The notes beneath the pieces were generated by a model, which saw only the letters and a program-made list of their open reading frames with translations, was not told the origin of the DNA and did no database searches. Shown piece after piece: positions 1-9,610 of a stretch of 64,000 nt of DNA. Origin of the DNA: an uncultured Gemmatimonadaceae bacterium (GTDB lineage Bacteria > Gemmatimonadota > Gemmatimonadetes > Gemmatimonadales > Gemmatimonadaceae); NCBI GenBank assembly GCA_963829055.1, contig CAWHHI010000008.1, positions 288,001 to 352,000 on the forward strand. Direction: 5' to 3'. The position numbers and the translations under genes are program-made. Each line of letters opens with the position of its first letter. The first letter of the stretch is position 1.

Positions 1-828
1 AATCCAGTCGCGGTAGATCGGCTCGAGGAGCTGGCGTTCGAGAACGTGAGCTTCTCGCACCGCACGGCGAGCGCCCCTGCCCTGCAGGACATCTCGTTCA
101 CGGTGGACCGTGGCGACACGGTCGCATTCGTCGGTCCGTCAGGCTCGGGCAAGACCACGCTCGTGAAGCTGCTGGTTGGTCTCTATGCGCCGCAGGAGGG
201 CAGAATCCTCTACAACGGCAACCCGAGCACGCGCGTGGACCTCGACCGCTTCCGTGAACGAATGGGACTCGTCACGCAGGACACGCAGCTGTTCTCGGGC
301 TCCATTCGCGAGAACCTCGTGTTCGTTCGCCCGGATGCGACGGACGAGGAGTGTCTCGACGTGCTCCGGCGCGCCGCGGCGAGTGGGTTGCTCGCCCGCG
401 CGGACCGCGGTCTCGACACGGTGATCGGAGAAGGTGGGGTGAAGGTCTCCGGCGGCGAGAAGCAGCGCCTGTCCATCGCGCGCGCATTGCTGCGTCGTCC
501 GCAGCTGCTCGTGTTCGACGAGGCGACGTCGGCGCTCGACTCGCTGACGGAAGAAGAGATCACGCAGACGGTGCGAACAGTCTCGAGCGCGGAGGACGGC
601 ATCACGATCCTGATCGCGCATCGCCTGTCGACGATCATGCACGCGGACAGGATCTACGTGCTCGAGCGCGGCCGCATCGTGGAATCAGGCGCGCACGATG
701 AGCTGCTCGAGCAGCGCGGCCTTTACTACGCGATGTGGCGGCAGCAGGTGGGCGAGCGTCGCGAGCGCGCGCTGCCACCCACACCGTCAGCGGAACGTCG
801 TCCGACGCTCGTGGCGAGCCACGGCTGA
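1..828 (+). CDS. ABC transporter ATP-binding domain (C-terminal part of an exporter; 5' truncated by window edge)
   Basis: Walker A GPSGSGKT, signature VSGGEKQR, Walker B LLVFDEATSALD, H-loop IAHRLST. Confidence 0.93.
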   Translation, partial: NPVAVDRLEELAFENVSFSHRTASAPALQDISFTVDRGDTVAFVGPSGSGKTTLVKLLVGLYAPQEGRILYNGNPSTRVDLDRFRERMGLVTQDTQLFSGSIRENLVFVRPDATDEECLDVLRRAAASGLLARADRGLDTVIGEGGVKVSGGEKQRLSIARALLRRPQLLVFDEATSALDSLTEEEITQTVRTVSSAEDGITILIAHRLSTIMHADRIYVLERGRIVESGAHDELLEQRGLYYAMWRQQVGERRERALPPTPSAERRPTLVASHG

Positions 829-849
829 CGCCATAGTAGTGCGCGCACG

Positions 850-1111
850 TCCAACAGCGACGCAGAATCGCAGGCGCCGCTTTTGCGGCCGCAACGCAGA
901 GGGACGCAGAAAACAGCCGCTCGGGACGCGCGCGTTGCGCCACGCCTTGAAAAGAATGAACGCCTCGGGACGCATTGGCCTACCCGAGGCCGCTCGCCAT
1001 TTGCACGGCCCGGCGGATGAGCGGGTGCGCTCCCGCCGGGTGATGCAGCTTTCTGCGTCCTTCTGCGTTGCGGCCGCAGCGTCCGCCTGCGTATTCTGCG
1101 TCGCTGTTGGA
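850..1111. repeat. MITE/REP-like element with ~62-bp imperfect terminal inverted repeats
   Basis: 850-912 TCCAACAGCGACGCAGAAT...GGACGCAGAAA is the reverse complement of 1049-1111; related sequence ACGCAGAAAACAGCCGCTCGGGACGC recurs at ~36239. Confidence 0.75.
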
Positions 1112-1163
1112 TCTAGGAACCCAACGGTATTGCTGACGTGGCCTCTTCGGCCGCCATTCGCGA

Positions 1164-2324
1164 CTAGAAGCTCAGATGCGACGCCAACCGCTCCAGACTC
1201 GCGAGATCATGCGCCGGAGCGAAGACGTCCACGTGAGGCAGCGCCGCTTCCATGCCTCGGGTCAGCGGACGATACGTCGGGCTCCCGAGAAGCGGGTTGA
1301 GCCAGATCACGCGCCCCGCCTTCCTGCGGATCTCACGAAGCGCGGTGCTCAGGACCTCGGGATCGCCAGTATCCCAGCCATCGCTCAACACGATCACCGC
1401 CGTGCGTCGATCGAACAGCCGAGGCCAGCCGAGTCGCAGCGCCTCGAGGCTCTCGCCGATCTTCGTTCCGCCGGACCACCCACCATCGGGCACGGCGGCG
1501 AGCGCGTCGAGCGCCTCGCGATACGTGTCTCGCGACAACGACTCCGTGATGCGAACGAGTCGTGTGCTGAACGCGAACGTCTCGATACGCGCGAACGCGT
1601 GCTGTAACGCGTAGAGCACCTGCAGCAGGAACCGGCTGTAGAGGTCCATCGAGCCAGAGACGTCGCACGCAACGACCAGCTTCGTTCGCCGAACTTTGCG
1701 TTGCCGCCGGACGAGCCGGATGGGATCGCCGCCCGTCGCGAGTGCGAGACGGACAATGCGCCGCGGATCCAGGCGCCCGCGGTGACCCGCACTTCGCCAC
1801 CGCCGGCTGCGACGGGCACGGAGGCGCCTAACGATCCGGGCAATTGCGCCCGCCAGCGCATCGAGATCGTCACCGCCGTAGAGGCGAAAGTCCTTCGTCG
1901 CCGCGCCCTCCCGCACGCTCGGCGCCGCCAACGGAATCGTCTCCTCTCCTTCGGCGTCAGCCAGCGACGACGCCCAGCGGGTGAGCGCGGTACTTCCCGT
2001 CGCCGTCTTCGGCTCATCCGTCGGGGAGATGACGGGAGGGTTCGTCGCCGCGCCGCGCCTGCTTGGCACGGTCCCGTCGTGACTCGCGTCGCGTCGCCCC
2101 CACCAGGCCTCGAACAGCTCGTCGAACAAGTCGAGGTCCTGCCGGCGCGTCACGAAGAGCGTCCGGAGCGCCAGATACACGTCCATGCGATCCGTAGCGT
2201 CCACGGCAGCCAGGACGCGAACCGCCTCGATGGACGTCGCCGGCGTCGCGGCGATCCCACGTTCGCGCAGCAGCCGGCTGAACTGCGTGGCGAAGGTGAC
2301 GGGATCGACCGCCGCGGCCGTCAC
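1164..2324 (-). CDS. coxE: CoxE-like vWA-domain protein
   Basis: MIDAS motif DVSGSM, WSGGTKIG, LSDGWD, WLNPL; overlaps the MoxR ATPase gene. Confidence 0.88.
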   Translation of the reverse strand: MTAAAVDPVTFATQFSRLLRERGIAATPATSIEAVRVLAAVDATDRMDVYLALRTLFVTRRQDLDLFDELFEAWWGRRDASHDGTVPSRRGAATNPPVISPTDEPKTATGSTALTRWASSLADAEGEETIPLAAPSVREGAATKDFRLYGGDDLDALAGAIARIVRRLRARRSRRWRSAGHRGRLDPRRIVRLALATGGDPIRLVRRQRKVRRTKLVVACDVSGSMDLYSRFLLQVLYALQHAFARIETFAFSTRLVRITESLSRDTYREALDALAAVPDGGWSGGTKIGESLEALRLGWPRLFDRRTAVIVLSDGWDTGDPEVLSTALREIRRKAGRVIWLNPLLGSPTYRPLTRGMEAALPHVDVFAPAHDLASLERLASHLSF

Positions 2325-3217
2325 CCCGCGGTGCGCCCTGCCGCGACCATCGCGCTGGCGCCTCGGTCGCTGACCTCACGTCGAACCTGGCGGACGTCCG
2401 CTTCGTCCTTGAGCACGCAGCCTAACGTCTCGGACACGACGTCGTCATCCAGCGTGTTTGCCCCGATCACCACCAGCGCGCGCGCCCAATCGATCGTCTC
2501 GGCCACGCCTGGCGTCTTCACGAGACGCTGGCGTCGAACGGCCTGCACGAACGCCGCGACATCGGCGGCGAGCTGCTGGTCGATCACCGGAACCTTGGCG
2601 CGAACGATCTCGATCTCCTTCGACAGCGACGGATAGTCGATCCACAGGTAGAGACACCGGCGGCGCAGCGCCTCGGACAGCTCGCGCGTCCGGTTCGACG
2701 TCAGCACCGTACATGGCTCGTTCGTCGCGCGGATCGTCCCGATCTCGGGGATCGTCACCTGATGTTCCGACAGCACCTCCAGCAGGAACGCCTCGAACTC
2801 CTCGTCGCTGCGATCGACCTCGTCGATGAGCAGCACCGTCGTCTGCGTGGCGCGGATGGCGCGAAGCAACGGTCGCTCGAGCAGAAACGCCTCGCTGAAG
2901 ATCTGCGCCTCGCGCTCGCCGACCGATTGCCCGGAGCCTTCCCCCAGCTTGATGTGCAGGAGTTGCTTGGCGTAGTTCCACTCGTAGAGCGCCGTCGCGA
3001 CGTCGAGTCCCTCGTAGCACTGCAGCCGGATGAGGTCCGTTGCGAGCACGCGCGCGAGAACCTTCGCCACCTCGGTCTTGCCAACGCCCGGCGGACCTTC
3101 GATGAGCAGCGGCTTGTGGAGCGTCATGGCGAGGTACGCCGACGTCGCTGTCGCGCGATCGGTGACGTACCCCTGCTCTGCCATCGCTTGCTGAACGCGC
3201 GCGATCTCTTCCTTCAC
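2321..3217 (-). CDS. coxD: CoxD-like MoxR AAA+ ATPase
   Basis: EGPPGVGKT, RLQCYEGLD, LLIDEVDR, TSNRTRELSEALRRRC; GTG start overlaps the xdhC stop (GTGA). Confidence 0.9.
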   Translation of the reverse strand: MKEEIARVQQAMAEQGYVTDRATATSAYLAMTLHKPLLIEGPPGVGKTEVAKVLARVLATDLIRLQCYEGLDVATALYEWNYAKQLLHIKLGEGSGQSVGEREAQIFSEAFLLERPLLRAIRATQTTVLLIDEVDRSDEEFEAFLLEVLSEHQVTIPEIGTIRATNEPCTVLTSNRTRELSEALRRRCLYLWIDYPSLSKEIEIVRAKVPVIDQQLAADVAAFVQAVRRQRLVKTPGVAETIDWARALVVIGANTLDDDVVSETLGCVLKDEADVRQVRREVSDRGASAMVAAGRTAG

Positions 3218-4242
3218 GTCGCCTGTCCCGCCTGACGACGCAGGTAGGTCGCCTTGCATCCGGGGCAGCAGAAGTAGACGGTGCGCTCGCCTTCGACGAT
3301 CGTGTGGCGAGCGGTCGTCGTGTCCACTGGCATGCCACACACCGGGTCGACCGCCATTGCCGGTACAGCGGTGCGAGGACCGGTGCGCCTCGCGAGCGGC
3401 GTCGGCACGTCCACCGAGTGCGGAGCAGCAGTCACCGCCTGCGTGGCGTTAGGCTTCCGGTACCGCCGCTGCACGATCTCCGCCAGCACGCTGAGGGCTA
3501 TCTCCGAGGCGCTCATGCCGCCGAGGTCGAGTCCGGCCGGAAATTTCACGCGCGCGAGTCGATCGGCACCGATCCCCGTCGCCGCGACGTAGTCGATGAG
3601 GTAATGCGCCTTCTTGCGACTGGCGACCAGTCCTATGTACGCCGCGTCGCTCGCCGCCGCCGCCGCGAGCGCCTCTTCGTCGCCGGCACCCATCGTTCCC
3701 ACGACGACGAACGTGGAGTCATCGGCACGAGCAACGGCCGCGGTGATGTCAGACGTTAGGCGTATGCCCGGGGGAAACAGGTCCGCCGGCAGCGCAGCGG
3801 AACCGACGACGACCTCGAACCCGAGCTCGGCGCCTTGCCTCGCGAGGGACTGCACCACCGGTGTATGCCCGAGCAGCACGAGGCGCGGCGCCGCGAGCAC
3901 CGGCTCCAGGTAGATCTCGATGCCCCCTTCACCCTGGCAGGTCATGGGATACTCGCGCACGTCGCCATGGCGGGTCGGGTCGGTATTGGCGGGCCCCGCG
4001 CCGGCATTCATGCGAACGAGCCGAGGCCGTCCGTCGGCGAGCGCGTCGGCCGCTTCCTGCCTGACGACTGGCTGCACACACCCACCGCCAACCCACCCGT
4101 CGATGGCCCCGTCCGCCCGCACGATCGCCTTCGCACCCGGCCGCACACTCTGCGGTGGGTAGCTCGCGACGACGGTCGCCATGACGAATGGCGTCCGGTC
4201 GGCGCGAAGCTGAGCAGCGGTCGTGAAGATATCGTTGGTCAT
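3214..4242 (-). CDS. XdhC/CoxF-CoxI family molybdenum-cofactor chaperone with C-terminal YHS domain
   Basis: GWVGGGCVQ, YPMTCQGEG, YIGLVASRKK, PAGLDLG, EIALSVLAEI; C-terminal DPVCGM...YFCCPGC. Confidence 0.88.
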   Translation of the reverse strand: MTNDIFTTAAQLRADRTPFVMATVVASYPPQSVRPGAKAIVRADGAIDGWVGGGCVQPVVRQEAADALADGRPRLVRMNAGAGPANTDPTRHGDVREYPMTCQGEGGIEIYLEPVLAAPRLVLLGHTPVVQSLARQGAELGFEVVVGSAALPADLFPPGIRLTSDITAAVARADDSTFVVVGTMGAGDEEALAAAAASDAAYIGLVASRKKAHYLIDYVAATGIGADRLARVKFPAGLDLGGMSASEIALSVLAEIVQRRYRKPNATQAVTAAPHSVDVPTPLARRTGPRTAVPAMAVDPVCGMPVDTTTARHTIVEGERTVYFCCPGCKATYLRRQAGQAT

Positions 4243-4253
4243 CGGATGACAGC

Positions 4254-4415
4254 GGGGACTGGGGACTGGGGACTGGGGACTGGGTCGTTCAGGCGAGCAG
4301 CGAGCAGCGCGTGGTGTGCCGGGCGGTATTAGCAGCAGCGGGCAGCGTGCGGCCGCAGCATGCAGCCGTCGGCAGATGTGCCCAGCGTGCAGCTCAGTCC
4401 CCAGTCCCCAGTCCC
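4254..4415. repeat. Heptamer inverted-array element, copy 1: (GGGGACT)4 - core - (AGTCCCC)~3
   Basis: Read directly from the sequence. Confidence 0.9.
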
Positions 4416-4421
4416 GATGTC

Positions 4422-4548
4422 CTATCCTGTCCCTCTCTTCTCTCCAAGAATCTGCCACACCTCGAACGGCGTGATGGGAATGTAGATGCACCTGACCCCC
4501 GGATGCCACGGGGCGTCCACTACCGCGTCCGCGATCCCCGGCGGTGCG
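4422..4548 (-). pseudogene. Decayed duplicate of the coxL 3' end
   Basis: Aligns without gaps to 13451-13577 with 16 substitutions in 127 nt (manual count); translates APPGIADAVVDAPWHPGVRCIYIPITPFEVWQILGEKRGTG* versus intact [41 protein letters not shown]. Confidence 0.88.
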
Positions 4549-4571
4549 ATACGGTACGTGATGTCACCACG

Positions 4572-6098
4572 TCACCGGCCTTTCGGAATCGAATTGCCGT
4601 GACACGCGGTGCACAGCGATGGATTCTTCGCCCGCATCCGATCGGCGTTGAACCCCGGCCCGTGAGGGCTGAATCTGAACCCGCCGTTCACGGCCGAATG
4701 GCACGCCGTGCAGTCGCGCTCCGCATGGCAGGCCACGCACGACTCCAGACTCTGCCGCGCCGCCTGGCCGTGGCCGAGGCTGAAGTTGCGATAGGCGTCG
4801 TGATAGCCAGCCTGGCCGAGTCGCGAAGTAGCGACGAGACCTGACTTTTGGTGACAGGCCTGGCAGAACTGCGCCGCGTTGTGGCAGTCGCTGCAGTTCG
4901 CCTCGCGAGCGTACGCGGAGCTCGGGTGCCGCGTGAGAAACTGCGGAGGATGGTAGCCGACCTGTCGCGTGACGTCGGGGCGATGACAGTCGAGACATGT
5001 CGAGCGCACGTGGCAGGTCTCGCACGAGGACGGACGTGAATTTGCGGCTGACCCGTGCCGTTCCTTGAACTCGGGCGTGTGGTTCGCCGGCGGCACTCGC
5101 GCGAGCTGCACTCCTACCCCACGGCCCGGACCGGCGACTGGCATGGCATTCACAACGCGGGTCTGCACCCCGATGTGGCAGCTCACGCAGCTCTCACGGG
5201 CGTGGCACGTGACGCAGTTCGCACCGGTGCGCTGCGCGTCCTTCCCATGCGCGCGGATGAAGTTGGCGGATTCGTGACTTGGCGGCGCTGGCAGCGATGA
5301 CGTGTAGGCAGGCGACCGATCATCCATCGCGAGCGCGCGAATCACGGGCGATTCGGGCGCGTTGACGTGGCAGGTAATGCAGAAGTTCTGCGCGTGGCAG
5401 GTGGCGCAGCTGGCCGAGACCGCCATCGGTCCGGAGGTGGCTGATCCTTTCGCGGCTCTGCCGTGGCCTCCGGTCAGGAAGTCGGCCGCGTCGTGGGACC
5501 GTGGCTTCGGGAACAGCGCGATGTCCTCACGCGTTAGGCTCCGTGCAGCCGTAACGGGCACGTGACAGGTCGCGCACGCCTCGCTCGGGACGTCCACGTG
5601 AGGCCCCCTGAATCCGTGACAGCTCACGCATTGATTCACGACCGCGCGCGTGACCTCCATGCGCGGCGCGCCGCGCTCGTTATGACAGGCGGCGCAATTC
5701 CCGTTGAGCGTACTGTCGGCAGGATTCTTCGCCGTTGCGGCGCGGGCGTGCGCCTCGTGCGTGAACCGGAGGTTGCGCGTTGGCAGGCCGGCGGTGCGAG
5801 GCTGCCAGGTCACGCGCTGCTGGATGACACCATCGTGGCACGACGCGCACCCCGATGGATTCGGCAATATCGGCTGGCCCGCCTGCGTGACTCCCGCATG
5901 GCACGTTGCGCAGAGCGGAAAGAGCCGAGCGTGTCTCGAGTGCTGGAAGCGGTCCTCGCGTGCCGCGCTGGCACGAACCGCCGGCGGCAGGACACGTGCA
6001 GCGACCGCGTCCACACCCCACGTTGCCACCCCGAGCGCGACGGCGCCGAGCGCACCGACGGCGAGCAGCGTACCGACGACGTGGCGACGTGCGGTCAT
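4572..6098 (-). CDS. Exported 16-heme c-type cytochrome
   Basis: 16 CxxCH motifs counted, hydrophobic N-terminal signal/anchor, intact ORF, ATGA overlap with the porin gene. Confidence 0.92.
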   Translation of the reverse strand: MTARRHVVGTLLAVGALGAVALGVATWGVDAVAARVLPPAVRASAAREDRFQHSRHARLFPLCATCHAGVTQAGQPILPNPSGCASCHDGVIQQRVTWQPRTAGLPTRNLRFTHEAHARAATAKNPADSTLNGNCAACHNERGAPRMEVTRAVVNQCVSCHGFRGPHVDVPSEACATCHVPVTAARSLTREDIALFPKPRSHDAADFLTGGHGRAAKGSATSGPMAVSASCATCHAQNFCITCHVNAPESPVIRALAMDDRSPAYTSSLPAPPSHESANFIRAHGKDAQRTGANCVTCHARESCVSCHIGVQTRVVNAMPVAGPGRGVGVQLARVPPANHTPEFKERHGSAANSRPSSCETCHVRSTCLDCHRPDVTRQVGYHPPQFLTRHPSSAYAREANCSDCHNAAQFCQACHQKSGLVATSRLGQAGYHDAYRNFSLGHGQAARQSLESCVACHAERDCTACHSAVNGGFRFSPHGPGFNADRMRAKNPSLCTACHGNSIPKGR

Positions 6099-7576
6099 CG
6101 CCGCGTCGGTCGTGCGGGAGGCAACGCCAGCCGGTCCGCGCCGGAGCCGAACGACGCACTCACCCCGGTGCGGATGCGAAACTGCGACAACGATGACGCG
6201 CTGGCATCGGGTCGATCGCGCTCATCATTGACGAGTGTGACGTCAGCCCAGAGGCGGTACTCGGTACCGAACTGGCGCTCGCCGCGGGCGCCGATCCACA
6301 GACTGCTGGCGTCGTAGAAGCGCAGCTCGAGCGGCCGGTCCAGGGCCCCGCCGTGGACGTCGAACGAGTACGCGGCGTTAGGCGCCCAGCGCACGGCAGC
6401 GTCGGCGAACCGGGCGGAGGCGCCGGGCCCGTGCTCGAATCCGAGGTTGCCGTCGACGCTCCAGCGCGGATTCAGCGTGGCGGTCCCACCGCCGCTCGTC
6501 CGCCAGCCGCGATCCTCGAGGTCCGGGACGAGCGCCGTCGAGACGCCGGCGTCCTCGTACCGGTATGCTTCGCCGCGAGCATGCAGCGTCAGGCGGTCGG
6601 TCGCGCGAACGTCGGCCGACGCATTCACCGCGTTGTACGGCACCGGGCTGAACGCGCTCCACAGCGACCACAGACTGAAATAGGGCCGGTAGCGCCGCGC
6701 TCCACCGGTGACCGACAACCGCGGGCGCGTGTACGTGACTGTGACGTCCGCGCTCCCCACGGCGCCTTCGGCAATGTTGTAGTCGGCGCTGCCGGCGACA
6801 TGAAACGACGCGAGCTGTGCGCCGAGCGAGATGACCGTGCGCTCCGAGACGATGTTGTTGTCCCGCGGGTCGATTTCCCGGCGGTACTCCGCGCGGGTGT
6901 CGATGTCGCTGGAGTGCCACCCGGCTTCGACGCCCGCCACGATCTGCCGATCGGCAGGGCGCCACTCATCCAGCGGATTCAACGCGGGACTGTACACCGG
7001 AACGACGGCCGCCCGACCCAGGCCCCACCCGGCGTAGCCGCCAAACTCGATCGATGCATCGCGCCAGCGGCCCTCGACCGATGCACCGTCGAATCCGAGC
7101 GGCTCGAGACGCGACGCCAGAAGCAGACGCCCGCCTCGGGCGATGAGCGACGGACGCCGGTACTCGACGAAGCCCTCGATCAGCTGCCCGGTCGGTTCGG
7201 TCGCGGGCCATGCGTCGTCCGGGCCCAGATCCGCGACCAGTCGGCCAGTCGCATGGATCGTGAGACCGGGGACACGCAGTCCCCAGAGGATCACGCTGCC
7301 GCTGGTCGACACGGGCACGCCACGGAGCTCGTCACCCGGCCTCGTGTAATAGCAGTAGGCGCTGTCGCTGCAGCGCACCGCGTGACCATCGGGCGTCTGG
7401 AACCCGCCGCTCGGGGATGGCACTACGGCCGTGGCCAGAATGCTGTCGGCGATGAGGCCGCGGTACGACACGGCCTGCCCTCGCGCGTCGAGGCGCACGC
7501 GGTAGTTCTGCGCGCCTAACGAACCGGCCCACACCGCGAGGATGCTCGCGGCGATCCACGCGCGACGCCGCCTCAT
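6095..7576 (-). CDS. Putative outer-membrane beta-barrel (porin of a porin-cytochrome complex)
   Basis: Sec signal peptide, alternating aromatic/Gly beta-strand pattern, no CxxCH, translationally coupled between two multiheme cytochromes. Confidence 0.72.
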   Translation of the reverse strand: MRRRRAWIAASILAVWAGSLGAQNYRVRLDARGQAVSYRGLIADSILATAVVPSPSGGFQTPDGHAVRCSDSAYCYYTRPGDELRGVPVSTSGSVILWGLRVPGLTIHATGRLVADLGPDDAWPATEPTGQLIEGFVEYRRPSLIARGGRLLLASRLEPLGFDGASVEGRWRDASIEFGGYAGWGLGRAAVVPVYSPALNPLDEWRPADRQIVAGVEAGWHSSDIDTRAEYRREIDPRDNNIVSERTVISLGAQLASFHVAGSADYNIAEGAVGSADVTVTYTRPRLSVTGGARRYRPYFSLWSLWSAFSPVPYNAVNASADVRATDRLTLHARGEAYRYEDAGVSTALVPDLEDRGWRTSGGGTATLNPRWSVDGNLGFEHGPGASARFADAAVRWAPNAAYSFDVHGGALDRPLELRFYDASSLWIGARGERQFGTEYRLWADVTLVNDERDRPDASASSLSQFRIRTGVSASFGSGADRLALPPARPTRR

Positions 7577-9591
7577 CCTGAGGACTTGGTGAGCTTCGCC
7601 CGATACGCGCCTGGCTCAGTGAGAAAATGACAGGTGCTGCATTCCTGCTGCGGGTAGTGGTTCGCGGCCTTGGCCGAGTGGCACGTGCTGCAAAACGTTC
7701 TGGTGGGCGTGAGCTGCGCGACGGTTGCGGCCGCGTGGCAGGCGTCGCATCGCTGGTGCGCCACCTCGAGCGTCGCGTGGGCGGCTTTCGGGTCGGCGAG
7801 TGTATGGCATCCCGAACACGCGCGGCCGGCCGCGTGATGATCGCTGTGACAATCCTTGCACTGGGCAGTGGCCGGTGACGGCGCGAGCGTGACCGGCGTG
7901 GTGTGACACGCGGTGCACGTTCGCATGGAATGAGTGGCGTGCGAGAATTCCACAGGGCGCGGCGCGGCCTTGTGACCCGGGACGGTGACCGTCAGCGAGG
8001 CCGCGATGGGGGCGGCGAGCTCGTTAGGCTTGTGACACGAAGGGCACCGGGCCGCCGTGGGCTGCTGATGGTGGCAGATGGTGCACCCACGCGGCGGCTC
8101 GAACGTCAGGTGGCTCCGGGTCGACGTCGTCTGATGACAGACGAGGCACGCGATCTTTGCGTGCCTCGCGTGGGCAAACGTGTCGGCCTTGACGGGTGGT
8201 GGCCGTAACGGTGGAGCAATCCCTGGCGGGTCGTCGGCGATGCCTGGCGGGGGGCTCGTCGGCCGAGGGCCCGCTGGTCCGCGGCCGCGCGAGGAACGAC
8301 TCGATGGCCTGACGTACCACGGGCGGCGTCGGCGCGGCGCTCGTGCGGCGGAGTGCCCTGGTCGTATCGAAGGGCACCGGTGGCCGCACGTTCCCGCGAG
8401 ACCGGGCATTCGCGTGGCATCCCGTGCAGTCGCTCGCGTCGACCTTCGCCTGGTGCGGGGTGTGACACGTTAGGCATTGCGTCGGCTGCGAGGCGACCTT
8501 CTTGTGCGCGGCGCCGGCGTGGAACGGGTTGTCGCGCCAGCTGCCGTGACACGCGGCCGTCGTGCAGGTCTTGGCGGCCGCCGCTGTCGTCTCCTGCGTG
8601 TGCGGGTTGTGACACGTGCCGCACTTCCCACCGTGCGGGTCCTTGGCCGGGTCGAAATCCGGGAGCGCCTTCTTCATGTCGTGGCACCCGAAACACTGCG
8701 GCCCGCCCGGGACGAGCGTTCCGCGCGCCGAATCGCGCGTCGCGAGCGCGGGGACCTGAGCGGTGAAGTGCGTGACACACGGTGCAATGACGGATCGTCT
8801 GGTCGCGCATCTTGTCGAGCACGATCTTCGTGTCGTTCGCCTTGTGACACCCACTCTGGCCGCAGGTCGCGCGAGCGGGCTGGAAGCGGTGCACCTCCAC
8901 GCCGTGGCACGTCACGCATTTGACGTCCTTGAGCGCGCTCGAATCGGACTCGAGGTGGACGCGGTGCCCCGCCGTCGCCCGGATGCGCTGCCAGTTGGCG
9001 GTGTCCCCGGTGACGTGACACGTCTCGCAGACGCGATTCTCCACGGTCGCGTGCACGCCGATCTTGTCCGGCCGCTCCAGGAGCCAGAAGTAGAGCTGCC
9101 ACGCACTGGCGAACACCGACTGCGTGTGGCACGAGTGGCACGACAGCTCACCGTGCTTGTTCTCCGCGCTCGCGAACTTCGAGTACGCCGGGTGCATCAC
9201 GTGACACGACGTGCAGAAGTCGTTCGAGTGCTGCGTGTAGTTCCAGGTGGCGGTTCCCATGCCGACCGTCGCCACGAGCAGCACGGCCGCCCCGGCAACC
9301 AGCGCCACCGTCACGCCTCGGCTGCGTGACCTGAGCCAGGCGATGATGGCCGCGCGGTGCCTAACGAGGTACCAGACGACCACCACCGGCGACGATAGCC
9401 GCGACCACGAGCCCCGCCAGTTGCACCCACTGCGGAACCGTGGACAACAGGAACCGGGTGACCGCGGCAACGCCGCCGGGCAGCGGCGACTTGACGATGA
9501 CCGAATCCGGCGGTTGCACCGGCGTCGCTTGCTGCAACGCCGCCACCCAGAAGCGAATCGGGATGGCGGCGCTCGCGTGCAGTCCGGTCAC
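7573..9591 (-). CDS. Membrane-anchored ~20-heme cytochrome with an N-terminal NapC/NirT-like domain (frameshifted in this assembly)
   Basis: TM segments then WNYTQHSNDFCTSCHVM and ELSCHSCH (NapC/NirT-like); 18 CxxCH plus 2 CX4CH across joined frames; Pro-rich linker ~8190-8350; start approximate. Confidence 0.82.
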
Positions 9592-9610
9592 GAGGCGCGG
9601 CGTGAGTGGT

